Position numbers and translations under genes: made by a program. Below are positions 39,284-48,846 of a stretch of 64,000 bases of DNA, piece by piece; the stretch's first letter is position 1, and the number at the start of each line of letters is the position of its first letter. The stretch spans positions 4,566 through 68,565 of the forward strand of contig JABIBT010000018.1 in assembly GCA_018652625.1 (NCBI GenBank), read 5' to 3'. The notes beneath the pieces are model-generated. The model was not told the origin of the DNA. It searched no databases and worked only from the letters and a program-made list of their open reading frames with translations. The stretch comes from Candidatus Woesearchaeota archaeon (GTDB lineage Archaea > Nanobdellota > Nanobdellia > SCGC-AAA011-G17 > PNOQ01).

Positions 39284-40225
39284 TTACTCCTTTAATAAAT
39301 TTTCCTTCTCCAACGCCTCAAGAACCGAAACCATTACCAAAGGAAAAGTCACAGAAACATCACCAATTACAGTTACAGCATCCGAATCATCCTTTATCTT
39401 TCCCCACGACTTAGCTTCATTTGTCGAAGCCCCAGACATAGAACCACTAGAACTAGAAGCAGTTGTCATATAAACAGCATAATCCAATCCACCATTCAAC
39501 AAACAAGCCAAAATAGCATGATGCTTACTAATACTCCCCCCTAAAGATATCAAACCTTTCTTCTCATCCTGTGAAGTACTAAACAATATATTAGAAAAAT
39601 CCTTAACCACATCAACTACAAAATCAGAATGATCCTGCTGAAACATAAACAAATGAAAACCAAAAGCCCCATCAGTCACAGCCGGACAAAATATTGGAAC
39701 TTTCTTCTTAGCAGCCTGAAATAATATTGAATCCTCATCATCTAACTTTAAACCTATTTCATTAAATATCTCAGAAGGAGTAACCCTTTTCTTCTTAGAA
39801 TAAATATCTTTCAAATAAGGTTTCATCAAATCCTCAAACTTTGCATAAGATTCTGACCTAATAAACAAATTTCCAACCCTATTTACTCCTTTTTCATATA
39901 ATTCAACATCATTACTATTAAAATCACCAATTACAAAATCCTCCTTATGGGCCTTCATGATATCTTCCTCAATACCGCCTACAGTAGTTACAACAACATC
40001 AACCAAACCTAATTTTATCAACTGCGCAAAAAACCCACGTAAACCAGAAGTAACCATATTCGAAGTAAAAGTCAAATAAATCTTACAACCATCTTTTTTC
40101 ATTTTAATTATAGTCTCCTTAGCCCTCTCCAAATGAATTGCTTGAAAACCAACTTTACCTAGAGAATTAACTAACGTAGCTACATCCATTCCTTTCTTCC
40201 ACTTCAAATCTTTAACTAAATCCAT
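39284..40225 (-). CDS. dys: deoxyhypusine synthase
   Basis: 'VDVVVTTVGGIEEDIMK' (the DHS signature region) and the N-terminal NAD-binding segment 'YLTFTSNMVTSGLRG'. 313 aa, the archaeal DHS size. Confidence 0.75.
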   Translation of the reverse strand: MDLVKDLKWKKGMDVATLVNSLGKVGFQAIHLERAKETIIKMKKDGCKIYLTFTSNMVTSGLRGFFAQLIKLGLVDVVVTTVGGIEEDIMKAHKEDFVIGDFNSNDVELYEKGVNRVGNLFIRSESYAKFEDLMKPYLKDIYSKKKRVTPSEIFNEIGLKLDDEDSILFQAAKKKVPIFCPAVTDGAFGFHLFMFQQDHSDFVVDVVKDFSNILFSTSQDEKKGLISLGGSISKHHAILACLLNGGLDYAVYMTTASSSSGSMSGASTNEAKSWGKIKDDSDAVTVIGDVSVTFPLVMVSVLEALEKENLLKE

Positions 40226-40265
40226 TAAAAAAGAAGAAAAGAACTAATTTTTAAACCTTTCCTTG

Positions 40266-40532
40266 CTAATAGAATGAAAATGCCAACATAAATAGTAAAG
40301 CAACCAGGGCCCAGGCCAAAATTAATCCAATTACAACGGCTAATATAGTCATTACCCCTTTCTTCCAAAAAGAGCCTTTTGAGGAATCCAGTAAACCATA
40401 GAAAACCATTCCGAATCCTATAGTTAAAATCCCAATATGTAAAAATAGGTTGAAACTAAGGACAAATCCAAGAATCAGTGATAAGACAATCAGCCCTACG
40501 CCCCAAACTAATAAATTTTTGTTTGATTTCAT
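40266..40532 (-). CDS. small 3-TM membrane protein
   Basis: 88 aa. Same architecture as 38956..39267. Confidence 0.4.
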   Translation of the reverse strand: MKSNKNLLVWGVGLIVLSLILGFVLSFNLFLHIGILTIGFGMVFYGLLDSSKGSFWKKGVMTILAVVIGLILAWALVALLFMLAFSFY

Positions 40533-40609
40533 AAAAATAAACTGATAAATAAACTATATAAAACTATTCTTTAACTAAATCCCTTAGAAAAGAAGAAAAT
40601 AACTAACTT

Positions 40610-41305
40610 TTAAGGGTTTGCTTCACCACATATCCCCCTAGTTGGCGGGCCAGACGGGCAGTCCATTCCTGCAGGACATCCACTCGGAATATAGTGGTTG
40701 TTAGAACAACAATCATTACAGCTAGGTTCAGAACCAGGAGATAATTGACAGTATTCTCCATCCCCTATACAATCTTCTTTAAAGCCACAACAATAATCGG
40801 GAACACATCCTTCACATTCCAATGGTTCCGAATCGCAAAACGTATATCCTCCAGAGCAACATTTTTCCTCACATGCATCTGGAAGGTGACACTTCTCTCC
40901 ATCGGCCAAACAATAAGAAGAACCCCCACCGGGGCAGATAATTTCACATTGATTATCTATACAATCAACAACTGTACAATGCGCACAAGAATACTCACAA
41001 AAACTACTCTTTGGCATATATGAATCAACCAATTCCCTTATTCTATATTCTTCATTAATATTAACAGAAACATAACAACCAAAAGGACACTTCCCACCAA
41101 AACTCACACAATCCTCTTTAACATTACAATAATTAGCATCATCAATTTCTCCCTTTATATTTGATTCATGAATTGGCAATATTAAAATATCATATAAAAT
41201 CGGAGACAACATCCAAAAAATAATAATAAAAACCAAAACAACCCAAAACCACCACTTCTTAAGTAGATTCATTCTTCCTCCTTTTAAAAAAGTAAATTGC
41301 CCCAA
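40610..41305 (-). CDS. secreted, extremely Cys-rich protein (~40 Cys in 231 aa)
   Basis: Signal-anchor 'WWFWVVLVFIIIFWMLSPIL'. Repeated CxxxC, CC and CxxC spacing. Confidence 0.45.
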   Translation of the reverse strand: MGQFTFLKGGRMNLLKKWWFWVVLVFIIIFWMLSPILYDILILPIHESNIKGEIDDANYCNVKEDCVSFGGKCPFGCYVSVNINEEYRIRELVDSYMPKSSFCEYSCAHCTVVDCIDNQCEIICPGGGSSYCLADGEKCHLPDACEEKCCSGGYTFCDSEPLECEGCVPDYCCGFKEDCIGDGEYCQLSPGSEPSCNDCCSNNHYIPSGCPAGMDCPSGPPTRGICGEANP

Positions 41306-41705
41306 TAAAAATAACTAAAAGAACAACAATAGGAAATATCATTCGGGAAACTTTAAAAAAATCAATAGAAGTAACCATATTTCCCACAGTAATTGGCTTA
41401 CACATGGGTTGCCCAATATATCCTCCCTTTATGTGAGACATAAGACCATCACAACATTCCTCAAAATGAAAAACAAACTCCCCAGATTCTACACAAGGAA
41501 AATCCTTAACATATTCAACACCACAATCACCACTATAAAAATCTCCAATATCACAAGAGTTCCCATCATCAAAAACACATTTTAGATTTTCTCTGTCAAT
41601 AGCATATCCCTGGTGCTCACAAAATGGAGTAACAGCATCCATTGCAGCATAAGAACTAAAAGATAATATAAAAACAAACATCAAAATTAAAATACTTTTT
41701 TTCAT
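41259..41705 (-). CDS. Cys-rich secreted protein with a C-terminal TM anchor
   Basis: Signal peptide, ~12 Cys, and a C-terminal 'IFPIVVLLVIFIGAIYFF' anchor. Confidence 0.4.
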   Translation of the reverse strand: MKKSILILMFVFILSFSSYAAMDAVTPFCEHQGYAIDRENLKCVFDDGNSCDIGDFYSGDCGVEYVKDFPCVESGEFVFHFEECCDGLMSHIKGGYIGQPMCKPITVGNMVTSIDFFKVSRMIFPIVVLLVIFIGAIYFFKRRKNEST

Positions 41706-41783
41706 AATTTTCCTTAGATTTTCTAATTATTAAATCTTTCTAAGACTTTAATCTTATTTTAAAAAAGAAGAAAAAGTTTTTTT

Positions 41784-42191
41784 TTAAATCACTCTTCCAT
41801 CAACTATCTTTTCTAGCACCCTGTAACTATCCAATTTAGAAATTTCTATGTTCAAGGGGTGTACGGAAGGCAAATAAATTGTACCACTCTTACTAACTCC
41901 TTGACAACAAACCAACCTATGATCTTTACATTCATCTGCTTCAATTTCGCCCCCATATTTTGCCTTTTTCCCCTGGAGCAATAGTCCCAAAACATATACC
42001 AAATGATATTCTGGTCCCAAAATCCCTTCCCCCAATAAAGGTATTATTTCAGTTGTTTCAACTTCAACAATCTCTACAATATTCCTTATTGGGCCATGGT
42101 CATCATTGGTAAACAACCAACTACCCCCATCAAGAATTGGCAAATGTTCTAAACCTTTTAAATCCATTTTATCCATAACCCAACTTACCAT
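41784..42191 (-). CDS. hypothetical protein
   Basis: 135-aa ORF. Confidence 0.3.
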   Translation of the reverse strand: MVSWVMDKMDLKGLEHLPILDGGSWLFTNDDHGPIRNIVEIVEVETTEIIPLLGEGILGPEYHLVYVLGLLLQGKKAKYGGEIEADECKDHRLVCCQGVSKSGTIYLPSVHPLNIEISKLDSYRVLEKIVDGRVI

Positions 42192-42263
42192 TTAAAAGTC
42201 TTTTTCCACAATCTTTTTAATATGAGGAAAACACACCATATTGTAACTTATTTTTAAGAATTC

Positions 42264-42860
42264 TCATTTATATTCTTCTAACTCTTTTAACGGTATCGAA
42301 TGGGTTATCTCTCCGTGTCCAAATTTATCTCTTATCCATCTTTCATCGGGATAAACAAACAAGCTAAACCCAGAGGAACAATAATTCTTGGAAGTATCTA
42401 AAGAATCTTTAAATCCCTCTTGAAGTCCCAACTCATTTACTATAGATTGATCTCTAACTTCAAAGCTCTTTCTCGATTCCCTAGTTTCAATAACAACCGG
42501 TTCACTTTCAATATACAATACTCCACAATTAAACTTTCCTTCATGAATACAAAAATCATAATTTCCAGGAGTCTGCACTTTAATCCCACTTCCATCAAAT
42601 AAATCTAAACCAAACTCTTTCAATTCTTCTGGAACAAAAATACCAGGTTTTGGAACAATCATATACCTCAGATAAAGTCCACCGGACCTACCCTCGCTTA
42701 ATAATACATTATCAGTTTTTAAATTTCTTCGAATAACAACAACCCCCGGATTAGATTCCAAAATATTTTCTATTTTCTGTCTTGTTTCACTAAAATTCAT
42801 TAAAAAAGAAAAAAATACTAAACTTTTAAGACTTTCCTTCCAAAAAGAATATAAACTCAA
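42264..42860 (-). CDS. hypothetical protein
   Basis: 198-aa ORF. Confidence 0.3.
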   Translation of the reverse strand: MSLYSFWKESLKSLVFFSFLMNFSETRQKIENILESNPGVVVIRRNLKTDNVLLSEGRSGGLYLRYMIVPKPGIFVPEELKEFGLDLFDGSGIKVQTPGNYDFCIHEGKFNCGVLYIESEPVVIETRESRKSFEVRDQSIVNELGLQEGFKDSLDTSKNYCSSGFSLFVYPDERWIRDKFGHGEITHSIPLKELEEYK

Positions 42861-42878
42861 AAATAATATAATCTAATT

Positions 42879-43454
42879 ATGGAATTCATAGCATTTTTAG
42901 ATTCAAATTTATACGCTTTAGTAATTCTACCCTTATTTATTTTTCTAGCCAGAATCATAGATGTTAGTATGGGCACAGTAAGAGTAATTTTTATATCAAA
43001 AGGTTTCAAAAAGTATGCAACAATAATAGGATTTTTTGAAGTTCTAATCTGGTTAGCAGCAATAAACCAAATCATGAGCAATTTAACTAATTATTTCTAT
43101 TATTTTGCTTATGCAGGAGGATTTGCAATGGGAACGCTAGTTGGAATGGCAATAGAAGAAAAAATTTCTTTTGGAAAAGTAACTTTAAGAGTAATCACAA
43201 GAAAAGATGCATCTGAACTTTTAGAAGAATTAAGAATGAACAAATATACAGTAACAAGTTTAGGGGCAGATGGAAAAGATGGAAAAGTAAAACTAATTCT
43301 AACAATAATAAATAGAAAAGATATTAAAAAAATTACAAAAATAATTAAAAAACACAATCCTAAAGCATTCTACTCGATCGAAGATGTAAGATATGTTCAT
43401 GATGATTCTCCAATAAAAAAGAAGAACTTTTTCAAACTAACAAATAGAAAATAA
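42879..43454 (+). CDS. UPF0316/DUF2179-family membrane protein
   Basis: Two N-terminal TM helices and a C-terminal 'KVTLRVITRK...YTVTSLGADGKDGKVKLILTI' DUF2179-like domain. Confidence 0.5.
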   Translation: MEFIAFLDSNLYALVILPLFIFLARIIDVSMGTVRVIFISKGFKKYATIIGFFEVLIWLAAINQIMSNLTNYFYYFAYAGGFAMGTLVGMAIEEKISFGKVTLRVITRKDASELLEELRMNKYTVTSLGADGKDGKVKLILTIINRKDIKKITKIIKKHNPKAFYSIEDVRYVHDDSPIKKKNFFKLTNRK

Positions 43455-43508
43455 ACTAAAAAAAAAGAAAAATAAAATTTTAAGAATCATAATAATGAAA
43501 ACTTAATT

Positions 43509-43700
43509 TTACTCTTTAACTACGTTAACAGCTTTTGGACCTCTGTCGCCTTCTTCGACGTCAAAAGTAACAGCATCGCCTTCGTTTAACCTTGTTCCTT
43601 CAGCTAAACCTGATTGATGTACGAAATATTCTGTACCATCTTCTCCAGCAACAAATCCAAAACCTTTCTGTTCATTGAAAAATTTTACTGTACCTTTCAT
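43509..43700 (-). CDS. cold-shock protein (CspA family)
   Basis: '[32 protein letters not shown]', the RNP1/RNP2 motifs of the cold-shock domain. Confidence 0.85.
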   Translation of the reverse strand: MKGTVKFFNEQKGFGFVAGEDGTEYFVHQSGLAEGTRLNEGDAVTFDVEEGDRGPKAVNVVKE

Positions 43701-43753
43701 TTGGAAACCTCCATATTGATTATCAACTATATACTCCTTTTAAACCTTTCTAA

Positions 43754-44941
43754 TTACCTTTTTCTCCAGGTTTTCTTACGACTTCTGAAGGGTTTTTTAC
43801 CATAAGAGCTTTCTACTCTAATTGCAATTACCCTTTCTACGTGTGGTTTTTCCATTTTTTCAACAGATAACTCACTATAGTCTCTTTGAATTCTCCTAAA
43901 GTTGTCGTAATCAAACTCACAAAGTAAATTAATTACTTTTCCTGCTTCTCCAGCACGAGCGGTTCTTCCAATTCTGTGGACATAATCCTTAGAATCTGAA
44001 GGAATTTCATAGTTGTAAACATGAGAAACATTATCTATATGCAATCCTCTAGCAGCAACGTCAGTACATACTAAAACTCCAAATTTGGCCCTATTAAAGA
44101 AATCCAAACTTCGAGATCTTTTGTTCTGAGTAAATCCACCATGTATTGCAATCGCATCTATTTTATTAGCTTTTAAATTTTTAACAACAAAGTCTGTATT
44201 CATTCTTGTATTGCAAAAAACCATAGCTAATCCGGATTTTTCTTCCTTCAATAGATGAACTAACATAGATAACTTCATATTTTTTGTAACATCATAATAA
44301 ACTTGTTTAAGCTTACTAGGATCAACTTGTTTTCCAGCCATAATAATTTCAGGACTAACCATATATTTATTAGCTAAACTTTTAATTCTTGAATCAATTG
44401 TAGCAGAAAAAAACATAGTTTGCCTTTCTCTAGGACAACTTCTAACAATTCTTTCAACATCATCTACAAATCCCATATCAAGCATTCTATCTGCTTCATC
44501 TAGAACTAATATTCTAATTTTTGAAAGATCAATAGTTCTCCTTTGTAAATGGTCTAATAATCTTCCCGGAGTTGCAACAACAACTTCGGCCCTAGTTAAC
44601 TCATGAATCTGATTAGTAATTGAAACGCCTCCATAAACACTAGCCGTTCTCAAAGAATTTCCACTAGAAAATTGATCAATAGCTTTCATAACTTGTTCAG
44701 CTAACTCTCTTGTTGGAGTTAAAACCAAAGCTTGTAATCCTTCTTTTGGAACAACTTTTTCAATTATTCCTGCGCCAAAAGCCAACGTCTTTCCAGAACC
44801 AGTTTCTGATTCTCCTACTACATCTTTTCCTTGCATAATGAAAGGAATAGACTTTTCTTGAATTTGTGTGGGCTTACTAAAACCCATTTCTTTTATAGTC
44901 TTAAATAGATTAGTATTTAGACCTAAATCTTCAAATATCAT
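43754..44941 (-). CDS. DEAD-box ATP-dependent RNA helicase
   Basis: Q-motif, 'GSGKT', 'LVLDEADRMLDMGF', 'SAT', and 'HRIGRTARAG'. Confidence 0.85.
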   Translation of the reverse strand: MIFEDLGLNTNLFKTIKEMGFSKPTQIQEKSIPFIMQGKDVVGESETGSGKTLAFGAGIIEKVVPKEGLQALVLTPTRELAEQVMKAIDQFSSGNSLRTASVYGGVSITNQIHELTRAEVVVATPGRLLDHLQRRTIDLSKIRILVLDEADRMLDMGFVDDVERIVRSCPRERQTMFFSATIDSRIKSLANKYMVSPEIIMAGKQVDPSKLKQVYYDVTKNMKLSMLVHLLKEEKSGLAMVFCNTRMNTDFVVKNLKANKIDAIAIHGGFTQNKRSRSLDFFNRAKFGVLVCTDVAARGLHIDNVSHVYNYEIPSDSKDYVHRIGRTARAGEAGKVINLLCEFDYDNFRRIQRDYSELSVEKMEKPHVERVIAIRVESSYGKKPFRSRKKTWRKR

Positions 44942-45085
44942 TTTTTAATTTTCTCCTAATATTTCAGCACTCTTATAGAAAAAGCGAAATGTTCATAAAA
45001 TGTTCAAGTGCTTTCTCACATATTCATACTTATATTAAATAGAAACAAAAATCCAGTGTTTATAAAACTTTCTATTTGTAATCAC

Positions 45086-46234
45086 TTAAGAATCATTACA
45101 AATGCCTGGACAAAAAGGAGATAATTTAGCAACAAGATCAGAATATTTTCTAAAGAAAGAATCAACAAAAGGGTATAATTTCCCACCCTGCCTACTTTTA
45201 TTAATTTCCCGACTAAGCTGCCTAAAATCCCTCTCTAATCCAGATAGAACTTTATTAAATCTAAAACCATTCATATCAGAAATATATTTTTCATCTTCAC
45301 AAAAAGCAATATTTCTTTCAGAGAAACCATTGTTTTGAAAGAAAGTTCCCAAATTATCAACCAAATTAACAAATTTCTTTCCCCCATCTAACAACCCTTT
45401 TTTAACATCAACTGATTGTCTAGAAAAAGAAAGGCTTTTTGCAAAAGTATACCTTAAAGGATCAGAACCATCTTGAAGAAGTTTATCCATGTCCCATTCA
45501 CCAAATCCCCCTTCCGGATTGATACGATTAAAAATAAAAACATTTTTCATAGGAAGTTTATCTGAAATTCCGGTTTGAGAGTAAAATCTTAATAATAAAT
45601 ATCTGGCTATCTCTTTTTCTGAACATGACATAAAATCTATCTCATTATCAAAATAAGCCTCCCACATATTTGCAACTGTGAAGATTGGAGATATGTTTTC
45701 TCCGCCCAAGGGGTTTGAAGCAGCATATTTTCTAGGCTTTGATATTTTAATTGCATCAGAACTTTTTCTAATCATTCTCAAAAATTCACTTTTAGCTCTT
45801 CCAGGGAAGAAATTTATTTTTTCTACAACTCCCTCTAAATCTTTTTCAGAAGAAATTTTTCCAACATTCAAATAAGTTTCATCTCCACTTCTAATAATAT
45901 ATCCTTTTTTATCTAATTCTACAAGAACTTCCTGAGATTTTTCCATTGATTCTGGAACACAATCTAAAATTTCCCCTTCAAAAGACAAATTCAACTTATC
46001 TCTCAATTGGCCTTCTTCAATCATGTTTCTAACATGGTCTTCCAAAGGAATATTTAGTCCTAAATTTTCTGCCCTTTTACCCAGGGCATTCAAACTATAT
46101 TTATGACAAACTACATCTTCTCCCAAATTATTCAAAAACCTTGCATGAATATCCAATAAAGTATGGTAGTAAGCATAACCTAATGGAAGATCTCCATTGT
46201 AGATTCCTGCAGGCGGATTAGCTATTACCTTCAT
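45086..46234 (-). CDS. class Ia aminoacyl-tRNA-synthetase-like protein (MetRS-like catalytic core) with degenerate HIGH and KMSKS motifs
   Basis: Aligns with the MetRS N-terminal Rossmann region, but HIGH is replaced by 'LPLG' ('YNGDLPLGYAYY'). The KMSKS-equivalent reads 'KISKPRK'. A 'DPLRYTF' (MetRS 'DxLRYYL'-like) block is present. Confidence 0.45.
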   Translation of the reverse strand: MKVIANPPAGIYNGDLPLGYAYYHTLLDIHARFLNNLGEDVVCHKYSLNALGKRAENLGLNIPLEDHVRNMIEEGQLRDKLNLSFEGEILDCVPESMEKSQEVLVELDKKGYIIRSGDETYLNVGKISSEKDLEGVVEKINFFPGRAKSEFLRMIRKSSDAIKISKPRKYAASNPLGGENISPIFTVANMWEAYFDNEIDFMSCSEKEIARYLLLRFYSQTGISDKLPMKNVFIFNRINPEGGFGEWDMDKLLQDGSDPLRYTFAKSLSFSRQSVDVKKGLLDGGKKFVNLVDNLGTFFQNNGFSERNIAFCEDEKYISDMNGFRFNKVLSGLERDFRQLSREINKSRQGGKLYPFVDSFFRKYSDLVAKLSPFCPGICNDS

Positions 46235-46997
46235 TTTCCATTTTCCATATCCAAGATATAACTGCCGGGATAGAATTCTCCTTTATACGGCTGTGATTAT
46301 CTTCAGTTTCTTTATACACACTTTTTTCAGAATTCAATTTTTCATAAAATTCTTTTGTTCTATTACAACTCACAGAATTGTCATTTTTTCCATGGATTAA
46401 TAGAATTCTTTTGTTCCTTAAGTTATCAACATAATCTACAGGATTTACATCAATTCCAGTTTCACAAAAATTATCCCATTCCATTTTATTCATTTTCCTA
46501 TAAGTATTCTCAAAACCAAATTTCATAAAATCAAATAATCCAGATAAATTTTCTTCTCTTATATTTGGATCTTTAGCATGCACGGAATAGTCCACAACGG
46601 GAGCTAGAGCTACAATTCCATCAATATCTAATTCAGCACCAGTAGATAAAGCAATACTCCCGCCAAAGCTATGACCCACTAAAAATATTTTTTTAGGAGA
46701 AACATCAAAAGAATTATTAAAAACAGTTTTAATTTTTCCTGCTTTCAACCCACCAACAAAAGAAATAATAGTTTCTTTACATTTGGTAATACTAAAATTT
46801 CCATAACTTTCCCACGAACCAATATACTTTGGGTGGATGAATGTAAATCCTTCATCAACATACCTTTTTGCTAATTCTAAGTAGTTGGACTTTCCAGGAA
46901 TTCCAGCACAAAATATAATAACTGCACCATTATTTTTTTCAGATGGATAGTATGAATCAGCAACTATCTTTCCATATCTTAATTTATTTTTTCTCAT
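46218..46997 (-). CDS. alpha/beta-hydrolase
   Basis: Nucleophile elbow 'GHSFGG', and downstream Asp/His candidates. Confidence 0.55.
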   Translation of the reverse strand: MRKNKLRYGKIVADSYYPSEKNNGAVIIFCAGIPGKSNYLELAKRYVDEGFTFIHPKYIGSWESYGNFSITKCKETIISFVGGLKAGKIKTVFNNSFDVSPKKIFLVGHSFGGSIALSTGAELDIDGIVALAPVVDYSVHAKDPNIREENLSGLFDFMKFGFENTYRKMNKMEWDNFCETGIDVNPVDYVDNLRNKRILLIHGKNDNSVSCNRTKEFYEKLNSEKSVYKETEDNHSRIKENSIPAVISWIWKMENEGNS

Positions 46998-47919
46998 TAT
47001 ATAGCCCCAAGGAATGATTAAAATCTCTCTTTAAATCACCAATATCTCCCTCCATAGGTTTCAAAAAATAGGAAGGAGTAAATAAATAATTACCATTTCT
47101 CCCACCAATCCAATATCTTCCATCTAATAATATTTTTCTTTCTTTTCCTTGTAAATGGTCCACCAAATCAGGAGTGGCAGGAGCTATTCTAAAAAAGAAA
47201 TCATCAAAATTATATACACTCCCATATACTTTTTCAATTTTTTCACTCATTGGCATAGATCCCCTCTCAGAAAGCCAGTTTTCCATAAGTTCAGTTATCT
47301 CTGTTTCATTAATCTGATCTTTTTTCATATTTACTTCTTCTATTAATTTTAAGTTAATTTTTCTATCATAACAAAAACTCATTAATTCTGGAAGGCTATC
47401 TAAATTTACTCTTGTGACAGGAGTATTAAATTCGACCCTTACATTGTTTCTCTTACAATATTCAGAAGTCTCGATTATGTTGATAAGTTCTCTTCTAACT
47501 TTTTTTCTTATTGTATCTTCAAAAACCGATCTATTAAGAGAAGGAACATGTATATGCAAGGCCCCAAGGCCAGCATCAGCTAAATTAGAGATATCTCTAC
47601 CATCCACATTTGAACAATTTGTAGTTAGGCCAATGTCATCAATACCATTATGGCTTAAAAGTTTGACAATATCTAATAAGTCGGTTCTCATAGAAGGTTC
47701 TCCACCAGTAAGCCGAACATGAAGGTTATTTTCTTTAGCCAACCCGCTAATACCTTCAACTTGATCTAAACCAAAATTTGCATATCCATTATCATGCTTA
47801 CCATCAGAAAATGGCCCACAATAAAAACAATCATGATTACATGCCCCGGTAACAGATATTCTTATTTCATATAGAGGCATACTAACTTTGATATCTGAAG
47901 TGGTTAGATTTTCTTCCAT
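46984..47919 (-). CDS. radical-SAM enzyme, MoaA-like fold but without the C-terminal second-cluster cysteines
   Basis: 'VTGACNHDCFYCGP' (Cx3Cx2C), 'RLTGGEPSMR', 'GLTTNCSN' and 'GLGALHIHVPSLN' parallel the MoaA blocks. No C-terminal Cx2Cx13C is present. Confidence 0.65.
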   Translation of the reverse strand: MEENLTTSDIKVSMPLYEIRISVTGACNHDCFYCGPFSDGKHDNGYANFGLDQVEGISGLAKENNLHVRLTGGEPSMRTDLLDIVKLLSHNGIDDIGLTTNCSNVDGRDISNLADAGLGALHIHVPSLNRSVFEDTIRKKVRRELINIIETSEYCKRNNVRVEFNTPVTRVNLDSLPELMSFCYDRKINLKLIEEVNMKKDQINETEITELMENWLSERGSMPMSEKIEKVYGSVYNFDDFFFRIAPATPDLVDHLQGKERKILLDGRYWIGGRNGNYLFTPSYFLKPMEGDIGDLKRDFNHSLGLYNEKK

Positions 47920-48698
47920 GTAATGATATCTCCTATTTTTGCACCAAGTTTTTTTGCTGAACTTAATTCTCTAACTTTCCCAATTTCTGGAAGGTTATTT
48001 AGTGAACTTCCCGGATAAATTGCCCAGGTGCTGTCTTCTAGATCCTTCATAGAATAAGAAAAAACAGCAACAATTTTTCTTTCTCCATTAACAAATATAT
48101 CTAATTTATCTCCCTCTTCTAAATTTTCCAAACTTCCATTTATTTTTAAAACACCAAAATTATCAATATGGACAACACATCCATCTTCGACTCTATAATC
48201 GCATAAAAATTCTTCACTTCTTTCTTCCCCAAGTCCTGAAAAATTAACACCTTTAGCAACTTTAGCTACGGCGGGGGAATGCACATGTTTTCCACCAAAT
48301 GAAATAAAATCTTTTCCCATTAATCCAGACGCATTTAATTCATATAAGTTTTTCAATCCAAAATCTTTTATGAGCCAATTTAATGTTCCAGTGTTGGCCC
48401 CAACAAATTTAAAACCATTTTTAGTTTCTCCAATAATTCTTGCTCTATCTTTTCTATTTGTCCTTAAAGAATTTAAAACAACTAAGAAAATTGTATTCGA
48501 AGGATCATAAACTTCTCCCATAAGTCTAACAAGAAAAGAACCATTCTCAATGGAAAATTCTTTTGCCTTTACTAAGGGTTCAACAGAAATGTTTTGGCTA
48601 GTATCCCCTAATTCACTCAGAATAGTAGCTCTCATCTCGTTATATGCTACATCGGAACAATCCGAAACTATAACGATTCTTTTGGCCACGCCAATCAT
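47904..48698 (-). CDS. DUF62 / SAM hydroxide adenosyltransferase-family protein (fluorinase/chlorinase superfamily)
   Basis: 'FGGKHVHSPAVAKVAKGV' and 'VVHIDNFGVLKING' match the conserved DUF62 blocks. The N-terminal 'RIVIVSDCSD' is in the 'TDFG..D' position. Confidence 0.6.
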   Translation of the reverse strand: MIGVAKRIVIVSDCSDVAYNEMRATILSELGDTSQNISVEPLVKAKEFSIENGSFLVRLMGEVYDPSNTIFLVVLNSLRTNRKDRARIIGETKNGFKFVGANTGTLNWLIKDFGLKNLYELNASGLMGKDFISFGGKHVHSPAVAKVAKGVNFSGLGEERSEEFLCDYRVEDGCVVHIDNFGVLKINGSLENLEEGDKLDIFVNGERKIVAVFSYSMKDLEDSTWAIYPGSSLNNLPEIGKVRELSSAKKLGAKIGDIITWKKI

Positions 48699-48846
48699 AT
48701 TTTTTTGTCTTTAATTTATCCTTATAAACTTTTCTATTTGTAACCACTATAGAAAAATAACATTATCTCGGAATCTTTTTCCAATAATCTTTTAAAGCTT
48801 TCCTAGTCCAGAAAGCTTTAAATACTCAAAAACTTGACCGCAAACC

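Noticed and set aside
38199-39473. Plus-strand ORFs 38199..38405 and 39258..39473 with similar products
   Set aside because: They are antisense shadows of the duplicated DHS 3' ends. Their similarity simply reflects the underlying DNA duplication.
42420-42602. Short plus-strand ORFs opposite hypothetical genes (42420..42602, 40745..41023, 50142..50357, 55684..55974, 58238..58516, 59187..59393, 59553..59747)
   Set aside because: All are antisense to longer ORFs with better coding character, and their products are low-complexity.
46984-47919. Calling the radical-SAM gene moaA (Moco biosynthesis)
   Set aside because: MoaA-like blocks are present, but the C-terminal Cx2Cx13C auxiliary-cluster motif is absent. 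No moaC/moaE/moeA are in the window. The product name was left at family level.
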